Program-made: the position numbers and the translations under genes
The notes under the pieces: model-generated
Database searches by the model: none
Told to the model about the DNA's origin: nothing
The model's input: only the letters and a program-made list of their open reading frames with translations
Part shown: positions 1 through 12,400 of the stretch, piece after piece
Layout of the letters: every line of letters begins with the position of its first letter
How positions within the stretch are numbered: position 1 is the stretch's first letter
DNA from: Octopus vulgaris
Taxonomy: Eukaryota
Length of the DNA stretch: 64,000 nt
Assembly (NCBI GenBank): GCA_951406725.2
Contig: OX597817.1
Location: 117,304,001 to 117,368,000 of the forward strand
Direction: 5' to 3'

Positions 1-1470
1 AAATTTGCTTTGTCAAGGTTTTGTTTCAACATTTTCCACCATTCTTCTTTCTTCTTTTTTTTTGTTGTTTGTTTCTACAGAGATTAGAATTGTTTTTCCC
101 ATGCTTTCCCCTTTCTTTGCTAATCTTCATATTAAAAAGAAAAGAAATGAAAACGAATAATGAAAGGTAATGTATAAATATATTTTGTATAAAACAAAAG
201 GCAAGTAAATTTCAAATTTTTTTTTTTTAAATCCAAATTATTCTTTATGTGACAAGTATTCAGAGAACTAAGAAAGTAGACAAAAGATGAATATATATAT
301 GGGTGGGGGGATGGGTGGGGGTTGTTCGTTTGTGTATTATGGTTTCTTCCTGTAGAGTTAAAATACTTTCTGCATTAAGAAATTAAAAGAAAATTCAACA
401 AATATTTTTCAGTAATAGACAGAAAAGCAGAAGACAAACAAATTGATTTATTTCTTTAATTGTAACAATTCCTTCCACCATACTTTTAGCGTAGCAGCGC
501 ATACTTCCAAATTCGAAGATAGAATCTCCATTTCTGTTTCTTCGAAATTGATTTTAAATGTCTGAACGTTGAAAAATATCAATAGTAGCTGTATTAACTG
601 GAAACTACTCGCCGTGAGAAAAGAAAGATGTCAATATAATTGTTAGAATTGCAACAAAGGTATATCTTACGGAATGTATATCTTTGAGAGATGCGCTTCA
701 ACTAAACAAAAGCAATAATGTGCATTGTAGTAAGGTACTTCGTCATTGTTACAATTCTAGTCTATTATAACTCCTGTCTCGTTCAAGTTAATGTTAAAGT
801 TATTCTATCTTTATGTCTAGTTTAAGATTCCCATTAACCAGTACGAATACATTTTTACGTCAAGGACAAACTTTGAAATCAGGAATCAACTCTCAATTTG
901 TACACATAAGAAAACTGCATATGTTTCACTCAATAGGAATGACATTTGGAGATTCATCGTTGAGCAGTTCCATATCTGAATGTCTTGAAACTGATTCAGT
1001 GGAAAATCAGCTAAATATTTCATCATTTAAGTTTGACATAATTTTGTCTTTTTACTTTTTTATGTGTCTTTTAGTTCAATCCATAAGAAATTAGAGACTT
1101 ACTTCCCCCACAAAATTAATGACAATTAAAGAAAACTCATCTTCGATAATTTAATTTTGACGCTGTAAATATAGTATTTTACATGTAACGTGAGATTTTG
1201 AAAAGAGTGTAGGAGTGACTTATATTTTATAGTTTACCGGAAAAAGAGATATAACGTTACCCGTTTTTTGATAAAAGGTCGCAGAGAAATAAACCCATCA
1301 ATCAATTACGTGACTGAAAAAGCGCTCCGAGCAAGATTTGAACTTTAGTGCAAAAGCAGCCTTATGCACCAGGTACTATAGAAGTTATAAGTTACAACTC
1401 ATTGTACTTGATCATCGATAAATATCTTGGAATAAAAGGCAAATATTTGCGACAAAGAACATCCACATTT

Positions 1471-1868
1471 CAGGCGCAGACATGTGTGTATGATTGAGAA
1501 ATTTGCTTTGCAACCTCGTGGCTTCAGGTTCCGTTTCAGTGTGTGGCACTTTAAGCAAGTGTCTTCTCGCACTACAACTTCGGGTCAACCAATGTCTTTT
1601 GATTGAATATGGGGAACGAAATCTGTGTGCAAGCCTGCCGTATGTGTGTGCACATGCAAATGTGTGTATGTGCATGTGTGTGTTTGCCTTTGTGCTTCAC
1701 CACCACACAGCTTCACAACTGACGTTGGTTTAACTACGTGACTTAGCAGTTCAAGAAAAAGGGAAGAACAAAATAAGTAATGTGGGTGATTTCTTCGCCT
1801 AAACCCTTCAAGGGGGCCCCCTAGCATGGTTAAAATCCGATCCATGAAAGAAGTGAAAGAAAAAAGAT
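1471..1868 (+). mobile_element. Diverged tRNA-derived SINE (main family in this window)
   Basis: Colinear with better copies at 19689-20085, 20781-21182 and 55890-56520 (ggcgcag...gcaagtgtcttc...cagcatgg...aaaga tail). Confidence 0.7.
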
Positions 1869-2149
1869 ACGTTAGTCAGAATGTAATTGGAGCTGTGTCC
1901 GTGAAATTTTCAAGACGACTAGATTGTTGGGATTTCTATGTTTTTGTTTACCCAACTTGAATATCTGAAGAGCATTTCTAACTGCAAACATTCAATGTTA
2001 TCTGCTTCTAACGATTCATTGAATGACGTTATAGGAGATGGTTGCAAACATGAATTCAAATCTAATAAACAAATTTGCTTTCTGAAAATATATTTCTCCA
2101 CAATGGAACTGATAGAAAATATCTCATAGTTCCATGTAGTATATCGAGC

Positions 2150-2592
2150 ACAAATTTTTGCACAAGTCCAACAGTTTATACAGTACTTATATTATCGACC
2201 CCGAATTGATGAATGGAGGAAAGGCACAGTTGACCCAAGCGGAATTTGAACTCAGAACATAAAGATTAGGGGAAAATGTTGCAGAGCACTTTTTCTGGTG
2301 TGCAAACGATTTTTCTTGTTGGCTAACTTGTTAAATCGTGCTAATAGTAAGCTGAAAATGTTATATATCAAGTTAGAAAAATTAACTTAAAACATAGCAA
2401 AAGGCCTAAAATTTTCAGAAAGAGGGCAAGTCAATTACACCGAACTCATAGACCTCAAACGGTACTTATATTATCGACCCCGAATTGATGAATGGGGAAA
2501 TCGACCGCAGTGGAATTTGAAACCTCAGAACTTAAAGACGGACAAAATGCTGCTAAGCATTTTTTCCGGTGTCATGACGATTCTACCAGCTC
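2150..2592 (-). mobile_element. Two tandem copies of a second tRNA-derived SINE family
   Basis: Repeated gtacttatattatcgaccccgaattgatgaatgg...ggaatttgaactcagaac. Reverse complement matches the + copy at 60250-60458. Confidence 0.75.
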
Positions 2593-2598
2593 AGGGGC

Positions 2599-2600
<2 letters not shown>

Positions 2601-2642
<42 letters not shown>

Positions 2643-2872
2643 AATTTATACTGCATCACACCCTGCACCGCCATATTGCTGGGTATGTGCAGAATTGGTG
2701 CACATTTCTGTTCTTGGGAGTGCTCAAACTCTCCCCGGTATTGTATTGCGTTAGATTTTTTCCTTTTCTTTTGAGGGGTGGTGCAATCTTTTCTTCTATT
2801 ACTGCTTGTATTGTGAGTTTTGTGTGTAATGCCTTGATTATCTTGATTGCCGGTGGAAGTTTATATCGCTGG

Positions 2873-2950
<78 letters not shown>

Positions 2951-2960
2951 GTCATTATTA
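2601..2960. repeat. Two (ATT)n microsatellite tracts (about 2601-2642 and 2874-2960)
   Basis: Seen directly. Confidence 0.95.
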
Positions 2961-4413
2961 TTTATCTGCATGTTTGTTACAATCACTTGCCGAGACACAC
3001 CCAGCGTTCTAGGACGAGTTAAAGATAAATGATGTTACATGACTGAAAGCATGGGGAGAAGTGACAGGGGCAGTAGCAAAATATTTTTCACGTTATTCAA
3101 CACAGACAGGATTTTTCTAAGGATGTTGGTAGTACTTGTCAGCACAAACTTTTGGATTTCTCTGAGACATGGTTCTCCTGGGATATTACCTAGATGTTTC
3201 TAACTTCCCTTTCTTATCATACCTAGTGCACTCGCAATAAGAAGAACAGTTCTCGTTTTGCGATGCCACATCTTTTTGTATTTCAATTTCCAGGTCCTTA
3301 TATTTACTAAGTTTGTCAAATTCCTTTACAGATGTATTTTTATCAGTGGGAACACTTACATCTATTAGTCTACAAGTATTTTCATTTCTGTCTTTAATGA
3401 TTATGTCTATGGACCATTCTATCGGTGTTAACTAGAAAATCCCAGAGGATAGTGATATTTTTACCTAACGATTGGCTCAAGATGATTTTCCTACCAGTAA
3501 GCAGCTGTGCTAATTTTGTAGTGTTTGCATATTTTCCAATGTAAATACTGTCCTACCCTATCGTGGCGAATTTTTGTATTCATTTGGTGTCAGCACAGGA
3601 CATCCCCAGACGAGATGGTCTATTGTTTCATCAAATTTGTCGCAGAATCTGCATTTAGGGTCAGAAACTTTTTGAAGAACGTTATCCCTGATAGTTTTTG
3701 GTAAGCAAGCTTTCATCTGGTGTTGCTAATATGAAACCTTCCGTCTCGGTTTTCGGTCCTGAGTTCTCTGCCACTGAAGGGTTGTTGCTTGGTCTACATC
3801 AGCATTTCGGCTCCGAAGTATATACTGTTCATGCAGAGGCTTCTGGCTCCACCACTCCTAAATTTGTTTCTTCCCGTTCATTTTTGCATTCTGTTTAATT
3901 CGTTTTGCATATTTGGTGGCAGTGGCTTCAGGTTCTTCATCTAATTCAAGACGAATGTCGAGTTCCTTTCTGAATTTGCAAACTTCCTTGACAATAGAAC
4001 GTGATTTTCTTTGCTGCTTTCTTGTTTGCACACAAGCCGCAGCATCCAGTCGTCTGTACTAGATAAATACTTGTTCATTGGTGTTGTGGAGGTCTTGTAG
4101 CACAGTTCTACTTGTGTCATTCTTCATCTCCCATTACTTCTAGATAGGTACAGACTATCAAGTTCTGCTTTTGAGTGGTGAATCTTCTTATAAGCTAGTA
4201 GTTTTCTTGTTTTCCTGTCCAGGCGTTAGAGCTCTGGAAGATTCCAGTTAATGATGTTAAAACTGTATTGGACTTCTAGAAGTGCCAGGGTGTTAAAGGC
4301 TTCGATACGATTTTCAGAGTTGAATTCAATTTTTAGTATGAGTCTTATTCTCCTGTAATACTCCTTTCATATTTTTTCCTTCGTAGTAGCATGTTGTATA
4401 CCATCTATTTTGT
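2961..4413 (-). mobile_element. 5'-truncated, degraded Dong/R4-type non-LTR retrotransposon (RT thumb, CCHC knuckle, restriction-like endonuclease)
   Basis: Minus strand translates, with stops and frameshifts, to EYYRRIRLILK..., DPKCRFCDKFDETIDHLVSGC...RHDRVGQYLHWKIC and ILWDF...DIIIKDRNENTCRLIDVSVPTDKNTSVKEFDKLSKYKDLEIEI. Flanked by (TAA)n on both sides. Confidence 0.85.
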
Positions 4414-4491
4414 TTATTATTATTATTGTTGTTGTTGTTGTGGCTGCTGCTGCTGTTATTGTCATTATTATTATTATTAATGATAATAAAA

Positions 4492-4523
<32 letters not shown>

Positions 4524-4557
4524 TAATAAAAATGATAATAATAATAATAATAATAAT
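4414..4557. repeat. Compound (TTA)/(TTG)/(CTG)/(AAT)n microsatellite
   Basis: Seen directly. Confidence 0.95.
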
Positions 4558-5299
4558 TCCATTAATCCCAATGAATCTGGAAGATATTTTATGACACCAT
4601 CAATAAATATATTTATAAAACAATATCATACTAAAAGCAATTATTATTTAATTACTTCAATAACACTATGTAAGTTATTGCAGCTAAGGGAAATTGATCA
4701 TTATAAAAAACTTATAAATAGCTGCTTAAACTCCTCAATTCACAAGTTACACATTTTAATATGGCATTGGAGACATAACTCCCTCTAAAACGACATCATT
4801 CAAACAACATGAATACCTCTGTTTAATGTCTGATCCATTAAGATTGGTTCCATAAAATTCACTCTTCTTTTGTTTATTTGTTTCCAAGCATCAGTTGATA
4901 CCTGTTCCAAAATAATTCTAAGAATTAAATTTCTTTTATAATCAGCAAATATCTCAGAATACAGGGGAAATGTTTGCTATAAAGAACATAGACATTTTAA
5001 TTTTGGTTTTATATACGTTAATCACAAAGTATGTGAAATAGTATCCACGAAATTGCCAAAACTCCTAGACTATAAAATTATTGTGGCTAATTTTCTGGTC
5101 TGAATATCTGCAGGTTTTGTTCCTAAGAAGAATGCAAGCACGGAGAGAACAAGGCCTGAATGGATTGAATGATTCTTGTAAAAAACAAAAAAAGGAGAAC
5201 TAAAGTCAATCAAGTACCATGCAATAGTGTAAACCTGAATAGGTTTAAATGTAATTGAAACTGATATCTTCAAATATTGAGTCATATACACACCGGAAT

Positions 5300-5643
5300 C
5301 AGTTTCTATTCTGCTGTTACCCTATTTTATCAAACCGGGAAGTTACAAAACAAAGTGGACGTCAGCATGATCTGAGCTCAGAATGCAAAAGAATATGAAT
5401 AAACGCCATTAGAAATTTTTCCCGATGCACTTAACACCTTTTGCAGTCCAGCTACGACACTTCGCCATTTCAGAGATGTTGAATTGAAATTTGGTTTCAA
5501 ACTTCAAAGCCAGTTTTGCGCTTCTGTTTTAAAGTTAACAGTTGTGCAGATTCCTTCTTTTCATATATATTTTTCCTCGTTGTTGATTGCATACCTGTGT
5601 CAAATATTAATTAGCTGTGGTTCTTTAAATACTAATAACTACA

Positions 5644-5692
<49 letters not shown>

Positions 5693-5860
5693 GTATTAGT
5701 ATTATCAATAATAATAATAATAATAAGCATAATAATAATAATAATAATAATAATAATGGTTTCAAATTGTGTCACAAGGACAGCAACATTACTGGGAATG
5801 GACAAGTCTTATTTTATCCACCCTGAAAGGATGAAAGGCAAAGTTGATCTTAAAATGTAA
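5300..5860 (-). mobile_element. Fragments of the second SINE family (about 5300-5465 and 5757-5860) around (ATT)/(AAT)n
   Basis: caccctgaaaggatgaaaggcaaagttga and ctgagctcagaatg motifs shared with other copies. Confidence 0.55.
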
Positions 5861-6678
5861 AGAATCTTTATTCACCAATGCAGTGTTGAACACTCATTCT
5901 CATTGTTCGATATTTACATAAATAAATATCCATATACATAAATAGATAGAGAGATACATCCATACATACAGATAAATGGAGTTACATGAAACAGTCGTAC
6001 TGCATTACCTCTGGATATCCTTGTTGCTTATTTTGATTTTAATAACCTTACTTTGAAATTGTATGGATAATACCGTACTAAATTCTGATGCCTCAACTTA
6101 AGTACCATATTCATTTGAATCTAAATTTTTGCTGATCTCATTTACATATATATATATGTGTGTGTGTGTGTGTGTATATACCCAGATATAAGCATGTAGA
6201 TATACATGAAGATATAATAAATATATGCATGTGTGTGTATATATATGAATGTATACATTCATATAAAGGGGTTAATAATCCCTACTGTATTCATAACGCA
6301 TTTCCTTTACATGATACATGGAATTGAAAATGTACCAAATTTACCAGTCTTTATTTTAAAATGTATGTGTGAGTGTGTGTGTGTTCGAGCGTACGTCTGT
6401 GTGTGTGTGTGCATAATACAAGCACATAAAAGACATGCGGACGTAACATTTCTGTCTTCCAAATCCACATATAAAACATCGTTGGGCCCGAGGTTATAGT
6501 GAAAATCCCTTAGTAGAGGTACTGTGCTGCAAGACGGAACCCAAAAGAAGTGGTTGTAAGGTCATATCTCCACCTGTAGCTTTTTCATACTTATTTGGTT
6601 ACATTGCTCTATCAACAATGAAGGAACAACTATTTGTCGTAACCATTTTTTTTTATCAAAGAATATACTAAAAAATAT

Positions 6679-6795
6679 TGGTTCGGCAAAAGAGACCGAT
6701 AGAATAAGTACTAGGCTTACAAAGAATAAGTCCTGGGCTCGATTTGCTCGGCCGCAGTCAAATGACTGAAACAAGTAAAAGAGTAAAAGAGTAAA
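6679..6795 (+). mobile_element. 3' part of main tRNA-SINE
   Basis: ggttcggcaaaagagaccgatagaataagtactagg...ggccgcagtcaaatgactgaaacaagtaaaagagtaaaagag. Confidence 0.85.
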
Positions 6796-7135
6796 TGTTA
6801 AAGAAACAGATATCAGTTGCTCAATAAATATGATCATGGGTAACAATATCTCATAAAATATTAGATTCAACATTTTCTAATCGTACAATCACACAATATT
6901 TTTGCGAAGTAACATTTACACTATTTGATATGTACCCGCCAGCAAAATAGAAATGAGTAGGAAGAGAAAATATCTAGATTGATAAAGTGATCTGCTCTAC
7001 TCATATCGTTATTGTATACGGAAGATAAGCAAATGTTTGAAATGTAACATTCAGCTACATTTCATTCAGTTTGACATAAAAAATAATTGCAATAAATGTG
7101 AACTACATTCTTGGTTTGTCTGTGTGTTTAAGTAT

Positions 7136-7438
<303 letters not shown>

Positions 7439-7440
<2 letters not shown>

Positions 7441-7548
7441 GTAAATATAATATGTGACAATTATTCGGTAGCCATAATACAACTCCGAATTTCGGATGCC
7501 GGGGTTTTATCATGGCTATCGATTAATTCTCACATATTACATTTGCAG
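7439..7548. repeat. About 110-nt imperfect hairpin (arms about 48 bp)
   Basis: ctgtaaatataatatgtgacaattattcggtagccataatacaactcc pairs with ggggttttatcatggctatcgattaattctcacatattacatttgcag. Confidence 0.85.
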
Positions 7549-10490
7549 ATAAATTCCTCTATTTACATAATATCGACATCTCTTTCATTTTTTTGTTGTC
7601 TTACCATTTTTATCAATATATATAGTATTGATTATAATAGGATAAAGGATCAATGCATATCACTGTGAAGCACGCCACTAATTCGCTAGACAGAATAACC
7701 GTAAATTAGTTATTTAAATAGCCAAATCTTAGTAAAGGAATGGATCAATGAAGGAGGCTCAGGATTGCTGGTTAATTCAGAATCCCAGTTGTATCCAAAA
7801 GAATCCAAATTTATGCAACGGTGAGTGGAAATGTAAAAATATAAAACCAATGAATGGATTATCTGGTATGGTTACCATTGTTTCATCAAAGGTTTTTATT
7901 GTGATTAAAGCATAATACAATTAATCATATTCTGTAAAACGTCCAATAACCCTCAACTCTTCAGGTCACCAAATAAAAAAGCAAACAGTGACTTGTTGAG
8001 TAATTAACGCGCCATTATCAAGTGCAATTTTCAGTTCAACGTACCATCATTTAAGAAATTTAAAGTAGGTGTGTCCCCTAACTGTCAATGGAGAGAGATG
8101 GATAATGCGATAAAGTCGCAAATATAACGATAGTTAAAGGCATTAACACCCTAAAGAAGACTAATCCTGACGACCTCATCAGCAAAAGCCAGTAGTGGCA
8201 GAATATATACAAATAACTTGGTTTATTACCTACACAAATTTCATTACTCTAGGGTGCATATTTCTTTAGCTATTCATACCAATACCATATTTTTTTTCAG
8301 TGCATGTACCACTTTCGCTCTAAATGTTCTTTCTGTTTACTTGATTTTTCCTCTCTACTTGTTGGATCCTATAGTATTTCTATTACGCCTTTTCCTTTCC
8401 TCCCATCTTTCTCTTTCATTCCTATCCTCAAGTAATTTTTGCACTGAACTTGACTAGCTGGTAGTTTTGCCCTAAATTATTCTCTCTGTATTATAATGAA
8501 CGGAATTTCCATATAATTGATGCTAGTTTTCTATTAATCCAGTAATGATCTTTTAGAACACATTTAACGTGATTAAATGAATGAACAACTAAGGCTAAAT
8601 CTAAGGTTATACAGTACAATAAAAGATTTTAGAGCAGCACTGGTGAATAACTTTGAACATTTTTTGATAGGGTCAAATAGCATGCTTGGCGCCAACTATC
8701 TGCTGTGTTTGCGTAAATTTTACCACTACAGGCTTTTAATAATGAGGTTGCTAGGATTACCGACTTCGTTATTATATTAATGTCTTTAAATGCTGTAATC
8801 TTTACGAACTTACTTCCACTCTTCCAGATTAACAGGTTGAGGTTTAACATAATTGAGGTTCAACATGAGTTAAACCCATCTTAAATTTTTTAAATGTTTG
8901 GATTTCTCACTAGAAATTTCACTTGCTGATAATGTGTTGATTAATCAACAAGCCACTGTTCACTTCTTTATTTGATTACCTGACGAGGTAAGAGTTATGG
9001 AATATTTTACGCAATCTAATAAATTGCATTATGATCATGTCACAATAAATATTTCTAAGGAAGCAATTATAGAAAAACCAGATAATCTGTTCCTCTGTTG
9101 CTGTCGTTATTATATATAACAACAGACGAATGGGTTATCTGTTATTGCTACAATTGTTTGTGTGTGTATACATATGTGTGTATGCTTGTGTGTAAAGGTA
9201 AGCTGCAAGGATCACGGTGTAGGAAGTAGGTAAGCTTCCAGTAGTCCGTAGAAGGTATAAGAAACAACGTCCAGGAACGATAAAGGTTTATTGACGTAGA
9301 AGGTTGTAAATTTTCCCCATAAGCTGAAAAAAACGTTATTTTATGGTTCGCGGTTAGCAATTGGGGTTGCCGTGTATGCGATTATGTTTCATAGCTAACA
9401 GAACTTCGAAAGTAGTAATTATCCAAACGAGAGGTAATCCGCTAACGAAATAAGGAATGATGGAAATAATATTAGACACGAGAATTATTATAAACTACAT
9501 CCCCTGATAACTTCACCAACACCCTAAAAAAATTTCATTTGTAAAGCCACAACGGATGATTAATATAATACCGGGCCAACACTAGATAGCTGTAAATTCA
9601 TTTGTAGCACCTTCTAGAATCCTATGCAGCTGTAGACACCCCACCTCCTGTCCCTCAGACAGTCGATGCCAATCTACCAACTGTTTGAACGAACGAAATC
9701 ATCTAATTTTTAATTGCAGACATAGATTATGCAACACATTCTCAAAGTACAAATAACCGCGCTCTATTCCCTGTCATTCCCTAACTTTTCCTCTGCCTCC
9801 ACTTGCAGCTGTTCCATGTATTTATGACAACCTTTAAACAAGTTTTAAATTTTCTTTCTTTTTTTTTTATATTTTTATTTTATTTCTCTATCTTTATATT
9901 TTATATTTTTCCTAAACTTTTGATCTCCCTACACCTTTCCTCTGCACATTGAAAATATACAAGAGCCCATGCGCACATGCAGACCTACAAGATACCACAG
10001 GTGAAAAACATACAAGAATGCGTGCTTATGTGTACTTCTATAATTTTAGAGTTAAGCGATAAACTACCAACTTACCTAGAACTACTATGTTTCCTTACTG
10101 ACCAAAAACATTATCTTCCCCTTCCTCTCCTTTTCTCCTCGTCTCCAAAAAATTCTAACTTACAACCACTCCTATACCTCTTTCTCTTCTCCTATTGACA
10201 TTCTTCTACTTTATTTTTTATTACATGTTACCACAATATATTTACTTATTCTACAGTAGACCCAGTAAATGACCGTAACCTAAATTCACAAGGACATTCT
10301 CCTAGCCAGTTTCAATAATACTAAATGTTTTCCTCCACTCTTGCCTCACTCCTTTTCTTTATTAGTATTCTTATTCTTTTCCTTAACAAATTCAGACGTT
10401 ACAGTTCTATATTTAAGAGATGAGGAATTATGTACATTATTTACATGTTTTACAATTGACGGATATTTGTCCTCATCTTGTTTGTTGTTA

Positions 10491-10534
10491 ACTCAACGTT
10501 TTGACTGATCTACCCTCCAGCTTTCATCAGGTGT
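10491..10534 (-). ncRNA. Minimal hammerhead ribozyme motif (GAAA mutated to AAAA)
   Basis: acac-CTGATGA-aagctg-gagggtagat-cagtc-AAAA-cgtt-gagt. Confidence 0.65.
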
Positions 10535-10599
10535 CTTGGGGAAATTTCGAACCTGGGTTCTCATTCCTAAGGTATTTTTCGATGTTGTTGTTGTTATTA

Positions 10600-10681
<82 letters not shown>

Positions 10682-10807
10682 CATTATTATTATTTTATTA
10701 TGGCGTAGTGGTTAAGAGCGCGGGCTACTCACCCCAAGATTCCTAGTTCGATTCCAGGCTGTGACTTGAATAATAATAATAATGATGATGATAATAGTAA
10801 TAATAAT

Positions 10808-10838
<31 letters not shown>

Positions 10839-10886
10839 TCAAAAAATACCTTAGGAGTGAGAACCCAGGTTCGAAATTTCCCCAAG

Positions 10887-10930
10887 ACACCTGGTGAAGG
10901 CTGGACGGTATATCAGCTGAAACGTTGTGT
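10887..10930 (+). ncRNA. Minimal hammerhead ribozyme motif (core CTGGTGA variant)
   Basis: acac-CTGGTGA-aggctg-gacggtatat-cagct-GAAA-cgtt-gtgt. Stem I ACAC/GTGT; palindromic AACGTT stem III. Confidence 0.7.
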
Positions 10931-11489
10931 TAACAACAAATAAGATGAGGACAAATATCTGTCAATTGTAAATAATGTAAATAATGTAAATTTAGACATT
11001 TACCCACTCCCATATATTATTTCTTCACAGATATGTTTTCCCCTTTTGTTCCCTCCCTCCGTGCTTTACACGGACTTTCAATCAAATCTGCGAGTTAACA
11101 TGGGATCCCTTGACGACAATGTAATCTCCATTTAATTAAAGTATTTTCGGACTGATGAGTAACTACTAGACTACTCCTCGTTTGGATAATTACTATTTCC
11201 GAAGTTCTGCTAACTATGAAATATATGTAGCCTGGGTTTTATCTACTCCATTACCATAATCTGTCTGTCTGTATGTATGTATGTATGTATGTATGTATGC
11301 ATGCATATCTGTATAAATGTATATGCATTTTTAGAAAACATAAAGCTTCATAGATTTGTTGTATTAAAGCAGAACAATTCACATTGCTGCAGTCATTCAC
11401 AAGAGAAACAGATGCACTTCACTTTCTTGGGGCTTACTAATGGTGTGCATCTGGTTGTCACCTGTTTGAACGAAATTTGTGCAAAATGA

Positions 11490-11522
<33 letters not shown>

Positions 11523-11546
11523 TGTATGTATGTATGTATGTATGTA

Positions 11547-11579
<33 letters not shown>

Positions 11580-11589
11580 ATGTATGTAT

Positions 11590-12400
11590 GTATTATGTGG
11601 GTTTTGAGGAGCATGGAATATCTCTTAACCACAAATATTTCCAGATCTGTTCTGACTGGAGCTATAGCATCTTTAAGTGGCCCAGCTTGGATTTATTAGC
11701 ATGTCACGAAATTGCTTTCAGAAAAAGGTCACTCAAAGACACCCCCAAAAGACCCAGGGCAGATGAGGCCCTTAAGCACTGTAGCTGATCATCTAAGAGA
11801 AGATAACTCCATACGAATCCTGAATCCTAATAACTACTGGGCTTATAATAATATTTGCACCAGACGAATACATGTCTGAAGAGAAAGGAAGTAGGACTGA
11901 CTTTCTATAAACTATGCCCACTAAGTAATATTCATTGTGCAGCTTGTTCAGCAAAGCAAAACACCAGCACCAACACCAACATTATCATGATGACATTGCA
12001 AAACATTGAACTACAACAGTGCAGCCGTGTCTTACTGAAATCTCCTTCATTGAAGTGACAAGAGGTACCACACCACTTCATTTATACGGATATATGCACG
12101 TGTGTGTGTGTGTGTGTGTGTGTGTTTCTACCAGCTATGAGTATGGCTGTGTGTGTGTGCACGATCATGTGGCAGCTAATTGTGCCCTGCAAACATTGCA
12201 TAGATGGAGGGAGCTCATGAGAGAAACCCTGGCAAATATAAGTTACTGACGAATTAATTGAAGTAGGCTGCTGGGTGTTTGGGGGAGTTCTCTCTCTTTA
12301 ATGATCTTACTAGGCTTGGAGTTAGTGGTGCAGCAAAAAGAGCCACGAAAGGATCTTCAAAGATTAGACGGACTTGAATTAAAAGGGAAGACCACTAGTT
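11590..12400 (+). mobile_element. Highly degraded RLE-type (HERO/NeSL-like) non-LTR remnant
   Basis: 12170-12350 reads across frameshifts QLIVP...RMEGAHERNPGKY...IEVGC...LTRLGVSG, similar to the ELTVPWE..AHERK..KY..EVGCRG endonuclease motif. Confidence 0.45.

Larger units (their letters stand above)
10403..10987 (+). mobile_element. Short non-autonomous element: tRNA-type Pol III head, microsatellite linker and hammerhead-bearing body, preceded by an inverted copy of the body
   Basis: A box TGGCGTAGTGG at 10701 and B box GTTCGATTCC at 10746. Body about 10820-10987 is the reverse complement of about 10430-10590. Imperfect flanking duplication aaattcagacgttac / aaatttagacatttac. Confidence 0.8.
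9385..11234 (+). mobile_element. Degraded Penelope-like derivative with an inverted terminal segment
   Basis: 9385-9432 is the reverse complement of about 11175-11224. 9620-9730 reads CSCRHPTSCPSDSRC...LNERNHLIFNCRH, resembling the Cys motif and C-terminal CRH of the Penelope-like ORF at 15900-16945. Confidence 0.5.

Noticed and set aside
448-2130. Short open frames in non-repetitive DNA (minus 448-627 ending VWWKELLQLKK*, plus 813-1094, minus 1919-2101)
   Set aside because: No recognisable domain, many stops in adjoining frames, and no coherent splice structure.
8160-8200. CTGATGA on the minus strand as a hammerhead core
   Set aside because: No correctly placed GAAA or stem II.
10701-10765. 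Functional tRNA gene
   Set aside because: A and B boxes are present but there is no convincing acceptor stem or terminator; it is an element head.
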